DNA of 32,000 nt. Origin: Promethearchaeota archaeon. Lineage in GTDB: Archaea; Asgardarchaeota; Hermodarchaeia; Hermodarchaeales; Hermodarchaeaceae. Below, piece by piece: positions 18,114 to 26,734 of this stretch. The notes under the pieces were generated by a model, which was not told the DNA's origin, searched no databases, and worked only from the letters and a program-made list of their open reading frames with translations. Both the position numbers and the translations under genes were made by a program. Position 1 is the stretch's first letter. Every line of letters begins with the position of its first letter. The stretch spans positions 11,083 to 43,082 of the forward strand of contig JBHLMI010000025.1 in assembly GCA_048938295.1 (NCBI GenBank), written 5' to 3'.

Positions 18114-18147
18114 TTCACAAGTTGTTATTTGAGTCACATTTTGTGAC
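18114..18147. promoter_or_regulatory. Putative operator pair in the divergent regulator / trmO-like spacer
   Basis: TTCACA-AGT-TGTTA at 18114-18127 and the perfect GTCACA-TTT-TGTGAC at 18133-18147. The centres are 19 bp apart. Confidence 0.7.
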
Positions 18148-18193
18148 ACCTTAATGATAATCCTTAATTCACGCTATATAATATCTCATTGCC

Positions 18194-18667
18194 GTGATTC
18201 ATTTGAGCTGGCTTAAATCAATTCATCTCCAACCAATAGGATTCATAGAACGCCTCTCGTCAGATGAGAGAGATTTTAGTGCCATGTCTAAAGTTGTGCT
18301 AAAAAACTCTTTGACAGACGCCCTATTAGGGATTGAGGAATTTTCACATATTTTCATAATCTTTTGGCTACACGAAATGAAAATCAGAGAAGATGTTTCC
18401 TGGATTCATCCGAGCTGCTCAGATAATCAACATTTAGTAGGCTTTTTAGCGACTAGAGCTCCCCTTCGTCCAAATCCCATAGGTCTGACTCTTGTTGAGC
18501 TTGTTAACCATGAAAACAATGTTCTTTGGGTGAAAGGATTGGACGCAGTTGATGGAACTCCTGTTATTGATATTAAGCCATACCCTGATTGGCATACGGG
18601 AGAATGTCAGGTGATTGTTGATTACAAAATTCCTGATTGGTTGAAACAATTACTTGACTCAAGTTAG
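18194..18667 (+). CDS. TrmO/TsaA-like SAM-binding protein (single domain)
   Basis: Motifs LQPIG, HIFIIFWLH, ATRAPLRPNPIGLT.V.L, GLDAVDGTPVIDIKPY. Start uncertain; activity on tRNA not demonstrated. Confidence 0.85.
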   Translation: MIHLSWLKSIHLQPIGFIERLSSDERDFSAMSKVVLKNSLTDALLGIEEFSHIFIIFWLHEMKIREDVSWIHPSCSDNQHLVGFLATRAPLRPNPIGLTLVELVNHENNVLWVKGLDAVDGTPVIDIKPYPDWHTGECQVIVDYKIPDWLKQLLDSS

Positions 18668-18756
18668 GGAATAATCTAGTCAATAGTCTTCGATTTAATT
18701 GACGAGTGTATTGTCGTAAAAGCTGAAGGTTATCGTTCTATTCTATTTTCACTATT

Positions 18757-18803
18757 TTACAAAATGTGAGTAAAGTAACATTATGTGACCCCAAAATGTG
18801 AGT
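18757..18803. promoter_or_regulatory. Triple operator array upstream of the bactofilin-like gene
   Basis: TTACA-AAA-TGTGAGT, GTAACA-TTA-TGTGAC and CCCA-AAA-TGTGAGT, with centres at 18763/18782/18795. A TATA-like TTTTAAAG follows at ~18809-18816. Confidence 0.72.
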
Positions 18804-18862
18804 CCGCCTTTTAAAGTAGGAATCCTTTGCTTCTATCAGCAGAATACTTGGAGGCATGCAAA

Positions 18863-20053
18863 ATGGATGAAAAACTCCGATTCAAAAACGAACACGACCT
18901 CAAATTAGGACACGTCAAAGGTGATCTAGAACTCAACAACTGCCGACATGTCCATCCTGAAAAGGGTGATATTATCGTCGTTGATGGTCGTGTCTCTGTG
19001 CGTGGCGACGTAATATTCGAGGGCTCCTTACAAGCCGAATATTTAGAAATTCACGGCGATAACAGCTCAGAAATTCATGGTGACCTCCTTGTAGCCCGGG
19101 CAGTGAATGTACGACGAGGCCAATTAGCAATTACAGGATCCACAACAGCAAATCGCTTCGAAATAAACGCCGCTTTAAGCGTCGGCAAAGACTTACAAGC
19201 CACCAAAGTTTCGATTGGCGGTGCCCTCAAAGTCGGAGGAAACGCCACCGTTGAAGAGATCAAAGTTGGAGGGGCAGTGAAAATTGAAGGGAAAATCGAT
19301 TCGAAGTCGTTGGAAGTTGGTGGCGCAGCGAAATGTAACACTGGGATAATCGGCAAGGTTGATGTTGGTGGGTCATTCAAAGCCGATGGTGCTGTTGAAA
19401 TTGGTTCGATTGATGTTGGAGGGGCTGTCGTCGTTGGACCTGGCTCTAAGGTAATTAGAATCGATGTTGGAGGCAGTTTCAAGAGTGATGGTGAAGTGAC
19501 GTTTGAAGATCTGGATGTAGGTGGGGCTGCTAAATTTGGTGGGGATGCTATCGGTAAATCCATTGATGTTGGAGGCGCTGTCTCTGGCGAAGGCTCCATC
19601 ACCCTAGCTGAAAAGCTGGATGTTGGGGGTTCGGTGGTCGTTACAAAGAACCTTATCGTTGCTAAAGAAATTGAGGTTGGTGGGTCTTTGAGGGCGGGCG
19701 ACAAGATTGAATCTCCGCGAATCGATATCGGTGGTTTGATTCAGGGAACTCACATCATTGCTGAGCAGTTCCGAATTGGTCGACGGGGCGAAGTCTCTGG
19801 CTTTGTTGAAGCAACTGATATCACAGTCGAAGAAAATGCTCGGGGCGCTTCCTTCTATGGTGATTCCATCCGTGTGGAAGAGCAGGCTCGAGTAAAGAAC
19901 CTTTATGGACGTCAAATCTACATTGAACGTGATGTCAGGGTTGAAGGTGAAGTCCTGTATACCGAGGGATTAGAAACTGAACCTGGAGTCCACTTCAGCA
20001 AGGAACCGGAGCAAGTCAAGAAACTTCCTCGACCCGAAGACCTACTCAAATAG
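18863..20053 (+). CDS. Polymer-forming cytoskeletal (bactofilin-like) beta-helix repeat protein
   Basis: About 11 (I/L/V)-(D/E/K)-V-G-G repeats at 16-18 aa spacing between 19208 and 19735, with similar beta-strand repeats on either side. GGAGG lies 8 nt before ATG 18863. Confidence 0.75.
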   Translation: MDEKLRFKNEHDLKLGHVKGDLELNNCRHVHPEKGDIIVVDGRVSVRGDVIFEGSLQAEYLEIHGDNSSEIHGDLLVARAVNVRRGQLAITGSTTANRFEINAALSVGKDLQATKVSIGGALKVGGNATVEEIKVGGAVKIEGKIDSKSLEVGGAAKCNTGIIGKVDVGGSFKADGAVEIGSIDVGGAVVVGPGSKVIRIDVGGSFKSDGEVTFEDLDVGGAAKFGGDAIGKSIDVGGAVSGEGSITLAEKLDVGGSVVVTKNLIVAKEIEVGGSLRAGDKIESPRIDIGGLIQGTHIIAEQFRIGRRGEVSGFVEATDITVEENARGASFYGDSIRVEEQARVKNLYGRQIYIERDVRVEGEVLYTEGLETEPGVHFSKEPEQVKKLPRPEDLLK

Positions 20054-20071
20054 CCTTAGCCTACAGCAGTC

Positions 20072-20118
20072 GGGTTCGGGAGCACGCTTGGCCTCTCGAA
20101 CCCCCCTTTTTAGTTTTT
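20072..20118 (+). terminator. GC-rich hairpin plus T-tract terminator
   Basis: GGGTTCGGGAG, a 10-nt loop, then CTCTCGAACCC (11-bp stem with one G-U pair), followed by CCCTTTTTAGTTTTT. Confidence 0.75.
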
Positions 20119-20182
20119 CACTTTCAAGGAGCATATAAGCACAAGAAAGGGATAGTTTATACTTCAACCTACGACTTTTCTG

Positions 20183-21220
20183 TTGGTGCTCCGAAACATG
20201 GCTAATGGGAATCCATCACCCAGTGGAGGAATTCAACTTAGTGGTGAATTCAAAATTTTGCCACTTGCAGCTGAAAGCCTTGGTGTCCGTAGCCTTGCCA
20301 CGCAGGTGCAAACAGCAGATGCATCCATTCTCATCGACCCCAATGTTGCCTTGGGTTTCCGAGATAATTTTCATCCACATCCCACCGAATACATCCTCCT
20401 CAAATCATTACGCACACAAATCCTTCAAGTTGCACAGTCTGTAGACCTGATTGTGGTATCCCACTTCCATCATGATCACTTCATGCCTTTCTTCCGGAAT
20501 TATGCCTACTTCTGGTCAAACTCCGATGACGCCGAAACGTTGTATGGTCACAAGAAGGTCTGGTGTAAGGATATCCGGTCCCGGATTAACTACTCACAAC
20601 AAGGACGCGGTTACAATTTCCTGCGGCGCGCTCGAAAAGTAGCTAAAGAGGTCGTATACGCCGATGGCAAGGCGATGAAACTTGGCAACACGCTCATTCG
20701 GTTCTCGCCTGCTGTTCCTCACGGTGAAACCGGAACACGACTTGGATGGGTAATCATGACATCCATTCGATGTGGCGGGTTTTCAATGGTGCATGCCTCT
20801 GATGTTCAGGGTCCAATGGTAAATGAGACGGCTGACTGGATTTTACATCAAAAACCCGATGTTGTGGTTCTGGGTGGACCACCCACCTATCTTGCTCCGG
20901 ACCGAGTATCCCAAGATGCTATTGCAGCAGCTGCAGCAAATCTTAGTCGACTTGGCGAACAAATTCCAATAGTAATTGTGGACCATCACCTCTTGCGGGA
21001 TAAGGAATGGGACAAGTGGTTAGGGCCCATCCAAGAGCATGCCAGCAACCAAGGGAATCAGGTGATGACCGTTGCTGAAGTCTTGGGGCAACCCTATAAT
21101 CAACTCGAAGTACAACGGGAATCACTCTACGAAAGTCATCCTCCCACTGACACCTATGAGGTGTGGATCAAAGCCATCAAGGGCTCTCGAACCCAGATTC
21201 GCCCACCACTGAATCTCTAG
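20183..21220 (+). CDS. UPF0282-type metallo-beta-lactamase-fold hydrolase
   Basis: Motifs AAESLGVRSLAT, LIDP..ALG, SHFHHDH, PHG, SDVQGP, DHHLLRD. The start may be ATG 20198. Confidence 0.85.
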   Translation: MVLRNMANGNPSPSGGIQLSGEFKILPLAAESLGVRSLATQVQTADASILIDPNVALGFRDNFHPHPTEYILLKSLRTQILQVAQSVDLIVVSHFHHDHFMPFFRNYAYFWSNSDDAETLYGHKKVWCKDIRSRINYSQQGRGYNFLRRARKVAKEVVYADGKAMKLGNTLIRFSPAVPHGETGTRLGWVIMTSIRCGGFSMVHASDVQGPMVNETADWILHQKPDVVVLGGPPTYLAPDRVSQDAIAAAAANLSRLGEQIPIVIVDHHLLRDKEWDKWLGPIQEHASNQGNQVMTVAEVLGQPYNQLEVQRESLYESHPPTDTYEVWIKAIKGSRTQIRPPLNL

Positions 21221-21900
21221 AAATCTCCGAAGATTGTTTTCACTGTGGGGGAGGGATGATAAAAGGGACCCTGGACGGGCATGAGCACTTCCTGAAATGC
21301 TTCCGCAAATTCACATCTGCCTTGTAATCCGCGGAGGCGGGCTTTTTGTAGATTAAACGATTGGTAGTAGTCGCTAGTTTTTTCAAGCTGACTCTGGTAC
21401 TCCGCGATTGCCTGGCGTTTCTTGTCTATGCTCTCAGATATATCAACCAAAACCGTAGGTTCTGCTAGAAGGTTGTTGATCTCCATTGTATACAATCGCT
21501 GAGGTCGCCATGCTTTCTCGTGATATTGAGTTGAGTGGCTAGCCCATTCGGCTGCTCGAAGAAACGCCTTATGGGCAACTTGGTGGTCCGGATGGTAGTC
21601 GTTATCACTATGAGATATTATCACCTGGGGTTGGATTTCTTGGATAGTTGGAATGAGGGCATTCGTCACCTCTAAAACTCGAAGGCTCAAATCCTTCTCC
21701 TTCAAGGCAATACTTTTCGCCCCTAGAACCTTACATGCTGCAGTTAATTCTCGTTGACGGCTAGTTGATCCTGTTAGGCAGCATACTGTCACCTCAGTAC
21801 CCCGGTCGACTTCAAGGGCTATTGTGCCACCACACCCAAACGTTTCATCATCAGGGTGTGCTCCAATAACCAATAGCCGTTTAGGCGATGATTTTGGCAT
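21217..21900 (-). CDS. bshB1: PIG-L family deacetylase, probable GlcNAc-malate deacetylase
   Basis: Motifs GAHPDDETFGCGGT and DYHPDH, plus VDISESIDKK..AI..Y.SQ. Divergent from bshA, and the substrate is inferred from that context. Confidence 0.75.
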   Translation of the reverse strand: MPKSSPKRLLVIGAHPDDETFGCGGTIALEVDRGTEVTVCCLTGSTSRQRELTAACKVLGAKSIALKEKDLSLRVLEVTNALIPTIQEIQPQVIISHSDNDYHPDHQVAHKAFLRAAEWASHSTQYHEKAWRPQRLYTMEINNLLAEPTVLVDISESIDKKRQAIAEYQSQLEKTSDYYQSFNLQKARLRGLQGRCEFAEAFQEVLMPVQGPFYHPSPTVKTIFGDF

Positions 21901-22014
21901 ACATACTTGTACCCCGGTTTTCGACCAAAAGGTTTGTGAAAATTAATTTCAACTGCTTTTTTCTGGCAAGGTAACACATATGAACACGAAAGATAGCATG
22001 CCACACGACAGACA

Positions 22015-23121
22015 ATGCGAATCGGTATGACAGTTTATCCTGGGGTCGGAGGCAGTGGATTACTTGGGACTCGCCTCGGTGTTGAACTCGCTAACCGCGG
22101 TCACGAGGTTCGATTCATAACCTATGAAGTGCCCTTTGAGTTACAAGAAGGGCGCTACAAGAATGTGAAAGTTGATCTTGTCGACGTGTTAGAATATCCA
22201 TTATTTCGTTACCCTCCCTATACGGTAGCCCTCGCTTCACGCATGGCACAAGTCGTTCGGAAACACCATCTAGACCTACTACACGTTCATTATGCAATTC
22301 CTCATGCAGTGTCAGCTTTTATCGCTCAGCAAATGACTGGTGTTCCTTATGTAGTGACTTTGCATGGGAGTGATGTTCACACGTTGGGTGCTGACCCCGC
22401 CTATCAGCCTGCTACACGGTTTGCTGTTGAAGCCGCGAATGCAGTCACGTGTGTGACAAAACACATCTGTCAAACTGCTGAAGAAACCCTTGGAGTTAGG
22501 TGCTCCATCGAACCCATCACAAACTTCACAGATCCCACCCTCTTTAAGCCTGATGCCTGCGAATTTACGTTAGGTGAAGGGAAACGGCACTTGTTGCATG
22601 TATCGAACTTCCGCCCCGTGAAACGGGTCAGTGATTTAGTTACTGCTTTTGCGCAGATTGCGGACCAAGTCCCCGATGTGGATCTCCTGCTTATAGGTGA
22701 TGGCCCCACACGACCTGAGGTTGACCGGCTTATCCGAAAATATGAACTTAATAGTCGCATCAAATGCCCTGGCTTCAAACGCGATGTGTATCAATACCTT
22801 CGGTGTGCACATGCTTTTGGCTTAAGTTCCGAATTAGAAGGTGCGCCACTTTCCCTCCTTGAAGCGATGAGTTGTGGGCTTCCCGTGGTTGCGACATCGG
22901 TGGGAGGAATTCCTGAAATCGTTCACGATGGCAGAAATGGCCTCTTGGTGCCCTTCGGCGACATCGATGCTCTTGCCGATAAACTTTATGCGGTTCTTAC
23001 AGATTCCAAGCTGGCAGGAGACTTAGGTCGATCAGCTCGTCAAACTATTCTCGAACATCATACGGCTGAAAAGGTTTTACCCCAGTATGAAGCCATCTAC
23101 GAGAAAGTACTCCAGAGCTAA
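22015..23121 (+). CDS. bshA: N-acetyl-alpha-D-glucosaminyl L-malate synthase (GT4)
   Basis: IGMTVYPGVGGSG, YPLFRYPPY, HVHYAIPHA, TLHGSDV, HVSNFRPVKR and EAMSCGLPVV match the BshA-specific signature blocks as I recall them from Bacillus BshA. Confidence 0.9.
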   Translation: MRIGMTVYPGVGGSGLLGTRLGVELANRGHEVRFITYEVPFELQEGRYKNVKVDLVDVLEYPLFRYPPYTVALASRMAQVVRKHHLDLLHVHYAIPHAVSAFIAQQMTGVPYVVTLHGSDVHTLGADPAYQPATRFAVEAANAVTCVTKHICQTAEETLGVRCSIEPITNFTDPTLFKPDACEFTLGEGKRHLLHVSNFRPVKRVSDLVTAFAQIADQVPDVDLLLIGDGPTRPEVDRLIRKYELNSRIKCPGFKRDVYQYLRCAHAFGLSSELEGAPLSLLEAMSCGLPVVATSVGGIPEIVHDGRNGLLVPFGDIDALADKLYAVLTDSKLAGDLGRSARQTILEHHTAEKVLPQYEAIYEKVLQS

Positions 23122-23161
23122 CCTGCTCCATTTATCTTTAAGCTCGAGAAGATCCCGTCCT

Positions 23162-23689
23162 TCAGGATGGGGTAGTTTGCTCAGTTCTACCAAACTGCTC
23201 CCAGGAAACGATTTCTTTTATGGGAAACCGCGTACTTCGCCTTTTTTGGTCCGGGTATCCTAGGGCGATGGTACAAACGACGGTATAAGACTGGGGAATG
23301 CCTAGAACCTCTTTGAAGTCACTCTCAAAGGCAGCACCACGAACTCCCATCCAACACGTCCCCAATCCTAACCAATGAGCAGTGAGAAGAATGTTTTGAA
23401 CAGCCTGATGAGGATCACACAGGTAATATTTAGGTTGGGCTTCTGGGTTTCCAAGAACAACGATGACCACAGGTGATTGTTTCATGAATCGTCCGTGGGG
23501 ATGAAGTTGTCCTAGTCGGGTCCGCGTCACTGGATCTTGAACGACGATAAAGTGCCATGGTTGTTTGTTTGAAGCCGATGGTGCCCATTGAGCTGCTTCA
23601 AGAATTGTATCGATTTTTTCTTTTTCGACTTTTCGAGGTAGATATTGACGAATGCTTCGTCGGCCTTTAATAATGTCAAGAAGATCCAT
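23162..23689 (-). CDS. Nitroreductase family flavoprotein
   Basis: Motifs RRSIRQY, APSASNKQPWHFIVV, AVQNILLTAHWLGLGTCW, IALGYP. Confidence 0.9.
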   Translation of the reverse strand: MDLLDIIKGRRSIRQYLPRKVEKEKIDTILEAAQWAPSASNKQPWHFIVVQDPVTRTRLGQLHPHGRFMKQSPVVIVVLGNPEAQPKYYLCDPHQAVQNILLTAHWLGLGTCWMGVRGAAFESDFKEVLGIPQSYTVVCTIALGYPDQKRRSTRFPIKEIVSWEQFGRTEQTTPS

Positions 23690-23742
23690 GGTTGTTCATT
23701 TGGGCAAGCAGCTGAGGCCCCTTGAAATAGTCTTACCATGTA

Positions 23743-25512
23743 CTATAATGGTCGATTCTCCTCTTCTAGAAAGAATGTTGCAGATGATGGTGTAAAAGGC
23801 TGGTAATGAGAAACAAGTCGCGTGAAATGCTGCTCTGGACCTATTGACATTGCTGTATCAATCCAGATATAGCTTACTTCTTGACCGAAGCGTTCAGCGG
23901 AGAAGCGACCGAACATTTGAGACAAATAGGTTTGGAGCACTTGCCGGCGTCGGGTCAAATTTCCGATCTGTGCTTGAATCTCCTTTCGATTCGAAGTTTT
24001 AGTTTCTTCGCGTTGACGGGTAATGAGGTTATCTCTTTCCTTTTCGATTTGTGATTCAGCCCTCACGAGCTTCTCAAAGGTTTCAACGATGTACTCTTCG
24101 CTCGCAGCGAAAAGTGATTGAACAACACCCAGGTTCTCTTCGTGGTATCCGTTCTGAATGGCAGACTTGAAGGATTGCAATTCCTGATAGCTTAGAGGAT
24201 TCAGTGCTTCACGTACAAGGCGATGAGCAGTTCGGTTTACCCAGGGATTCTCATAGTATAAGCGAGTGTAACGATAGAAAATTGGCACGATGCTGTTAGC
24301 TGCTCGGAGGGCTGGAGCAACTTGGGCATGGTAACTGGTTTCACCTGCTCCACCTACATGGATGATGACTGGTGCGTAGCTTTGGACAAGAAATGCTCGT
24401 GTGTCGACTCGTGGTGAAAGGAATTGTTCCCAATCAGCTAGATCGGGAGCATTCGCCTTTGTTTCAATTACGTGTGTCGTGTTACATTTTGGACAGGTAG
24501 CAGAGAGGGCGGTATGACCCCGCGACGATTCTGCTGTTATTGTTGGATCAAGGCGTGTTCGATTACAATCTTTTGTAGGGCATTCAAGATGGAAAGGAAC
24601 GTAATCACCCGCTCGTCTACCTATACCCGGTTCATAGCCTAGCTGTTCTAAATTGGCGGCACTTTCATTAAGAGCATGAATTAGGCTTTGCCGATTAGGT
24701 TCAGCAAGCAGAAATTCGAATGCAGGTAGCATTAATTCTCGAATCGCAGAATTGGAAAAAACTTGGAAAAGAATCCCGGTATCCTGCACCCTATTCACAA
24801 TCCGCAACCAAAGATGCGTCGTCCAATCTGAGATGGTGGTTGCTTGGGCATGAGTCGTTTCCAAGGTTTTACAAAGGTCGTTGGCACGTTGTTCATACAA
24901 GTTCTGATTCTTCTTTGTGGATCCAGCTACTAATTCATGATATGTTGCTGATATTTTTTTATTAACTTGTTTCAACCAGTCCTTCGATGGCTTTGGTATT
25001 ACGTGTAAAGGCGACATCCGATATGCTGCAGGAACTCGCAGCGAAAACATCAAGCCACGAGGTCCGGGACTTGGTAGATGAACGACGGTCAATTCCTTTT
25101 GTTCATGATCATGATCACCAACAAACATCACAGGAGTCGCTTGTTGAAGTAGAGCAATTTTTTCAATAGCCGCCATTTTATTTATTACAAACCCAGGTCC
25201 TCCCAAGAGGGCAGGCTGATGTCCCGCCTCAATGACGGCTTCCCGCTCTTCAAGCTTTGTGAGACTCTCCTTAACTTGTGGTGTGACCATCCCGAATTGT
25301 TGGTGGATGGTCTTAATCGCCTGGCATAATTTCTTCAAACGAACTTGGGAGTATAAGGGCTGGTGTTTAGAGTACCTGTCACTTAAAGGCGTGCTCAGAC
25401 TCATGGCTTCCTTGATATTGCGTGGAATGGGTCCCCAAAATTGAAGCGCGGCATCGTTTCCATCAAATATGTAATTGGTAAAGAGTTTACTGGATGGGGG
25501 CTTTGGAGTCAC
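23743..25512 (-). CDS. bshC: Bacillithiol biosynthesis cysteine-adding enzyme BshC-like protein
   Basis: AGHQPALLGGPGFVINK (compare BshC TGQQ.GLF.GP.Y..YK), GDHDHE, SPRVDTR, GGAGETSYHAQ, P.FY and a C-terminal coiled coil. AAGGAGG precedes GTG 25512. Confidence 0.8.
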   Translation of the reverse strand: MTPKPPSSKLFTNYIFDGNDAALQFWGPIPRNIKEAMSLSTPLSDRYSKHQPLYSQVRLKKLCQAIKTIHQQFGMVTPQVKESLTKLEEREAVIEAGHQPALLGGPGFVINKMAAIEKIALLQQATPVMFVGDHDHEQKELTVVHLPSPGPRGLMFSLRVPAAYRMSPLHVIPKPSKDWLKQVNKKISATYHELVAGSTKKNQNLYEQRANDLCKTLETTHAQATTISDWTTHLWLRIVNRVQDTGILFQVFSNSAIRELMLPAFEFLLAEPNRQSLIHALNESAANLEQLGYEPGIGRRAGDYVPFHLECPTKDCNRTRLDPTITAESSRGHTALSATCPKCNTTHVIETKANAPDLADWEQFLSPRVDTRAFLVQSYAPVIIHVGGAGETSYHAQVAPALRAANSIVPIFYRYTRLYYENPWVNRTAHRLVREALNPLSYQELQSFKSAIQNGYHEENLGVVQSLFAASEEYIVETFEKLVRAESQIEKERDNLITRQREETKTSNRKEIQAQIGNLTRRRQVLQTYLSQMFGRFSAERFGQEVSYIWIDTAMSIGPEQHFTRLVSHYQPFTPSSATFFLEEENRPL

Positions 25513-26734
25513 GGTTTGGCTCCTCCTTGGTCGCTCGTCGAACGGCGAGTCCAACGAGAAAGGTTAGGAAGCCTAATGTAAGGATGAGGGCAATTAGTGT
25601 TGCCATATTGGTCACTAAGTATTCGGCATCGATTATGGGTATCGAGCCAAGGGATGTCCATTCTTCCAATTCAATTCGATGAATTTCATAGGTGAATAGG
25701 TCGGCTTCTTCAGCCCGTCGTTGGGCAATATAATCACTGGATATGATCTGCCATAAAGTGACAAATGGTAAAGTTGATGCAAAAAGAGACTGTGTGTAGG
25801 CTTCAATGGGATTTGTTCCCTGTTCTAGAGAAAACAAATCAAATGGTAACCACCCCCATGGTGGGATATACACCATGACCCATCCATGACCTACTGAGTT
25901 AAGGTAATCAACATATCGGTAAGCATTGTCTTCCAATGATCCCCAAATGAAACCACTGGTTCGCGCTCCCTCTTGAAACCAATGCCCTGTCGTCAGATAG
26001 CTGGGAATGCCATAGATGCGTAAAAAGGTTATCAGGAGATTGGATTGGTCATCACAATCACCAATCATGCTAACAATAGTTTCCTCAGGGTATTGGGGCT
26101 CAGTAACTCCACTTGATCGGCTGATATTATCTTGAATCCATTGTATTGCTAAAAGAACAAGCGCTAGTGCATTTTGACGGGGATCCTGCTGTTGACCGGG
26201 AATCTGATCAGCAATAAGTTGTGCAATTTCGATGAGGGTGGCGTTCCCCGTCTTCCATAAGGATGTTCCCCGGGTAAATAGAGAATAATCTTCAGGTTCC
26301 ATAAACCATTGGATATCTCCGATAGTGCCAGACTGGGCAATACTGATGTGTGGAAGCATTGGACGCCGATTGACAACAGTAAAAAGCCATTCTTCATCCC
26401 AACTCAACACTTCTCCAGGCTGCACACGCGAAGAAAGGTTCAGAGTCAAGTGTGGGTTCCCATCAACATCCGCATCGATCTCTATGATCTCAACTGGAGA
26501 CTCATTTAATGTCATTCTAAAAGAGATCTGCTCGCAGGTCTGCCAGGTAGTATTGCCAATGTAACTCCAATAGGGCTCAATTGGCATTGATACATCTCCA
26601 GTTACTTCGAGGGACCCTGAGAAAGACGTCCGCCAATAATGAATATAATTGAATGCTGACACGGGGGGTGGAAGAGTCACTATTACTAATAATAAGAGGA
26701 TTACAGTAATTCGCCATAAACGAAACTTATGCAT
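25487..26734 (-). CDS. Exported, C-terminally anchored transglutaminase-like (Cys-His-Asp) protein
   Basis: Signal peptide ending PPVSA; GDCDD..NLL.TFLR..GIP; GHGWV.VYIP..GW.PFD; C-terminal TM followed by RR. Confidence 0.85.
   Translation of the reverse strand: MHKFRLWRITVILLLLVIVTLPPPVSAFNYIHYWRTSFSGSLEVTGDVSMPIEPYWSYIGNTTWQTCEQISFRMTLNESPVEIIEIDADVDGNPHLTLNLSSRVQPGEVLSWDEEWLFTVVNRRPMLPHISIAQSGTIGDIQWFMEPEDYSLFTRGTSLWKTGNATLIEIAQLIADQIPGQQQDPRQNALALVLLAIQWIQDNISRSSGVTEPQYPEETIVSMIGDCDDQSNLLITFLRIYGIPSYLTTGHWFQEGARTSGFIWGSLEDNAYRYVDYLNSVGHGWVMVYIPPWGWLPFDLFSLEQGTNPIEAYTQSLFASTLPFVTLWQIISSDYIAQRRAEEADLFTYEIHRIELEEWTSLGSIPIIDAEYLVTNMATLIALILTLGFLTFLVGLAVRRATKEEPNRDSKAPIQ

Noticed and set aside
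18133-18147. CRP/FNR-type site
   Set aside because: CRP sites are TGTGA-N6-TCACA. Here the half-sites are in the opposite order with a 3-bp spacer.
18770-18790. TTATGT-containing sites as Xer/dif sites
   Set aside because: They lack the 11-6-11 layout with an ATAA-ending left arm, and no tyrosine recombinase is in the window.
15680-18803. TCACA/TGTGA repeats as a CRISPR array or iterons
   Set aside because: The copies are degenerate, clustered in separate intergenic regions and lack constant-length unique spacers. No cas or rep gene is nearby.
19075-19704. 209-aa - strand ORF with PPTS repeats
   Set aside because: Antisense shadow of the DVGG repeats in the bactofilin-like gene.
20072-20103. 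tRNA fragment (GGTTCG resembles a T-loop)
   Set aside because: No cloverleaf can be built. It is a simple hairpin followed by a T-tract, which fits a terminator.
21940-21949. Perfect palindrome AAATTAATTT in the bshB/bshA divergent spacer
   Set aside because: All A/T and only 10 bp. It could be a bidirectional TATA element but is expected by chance.
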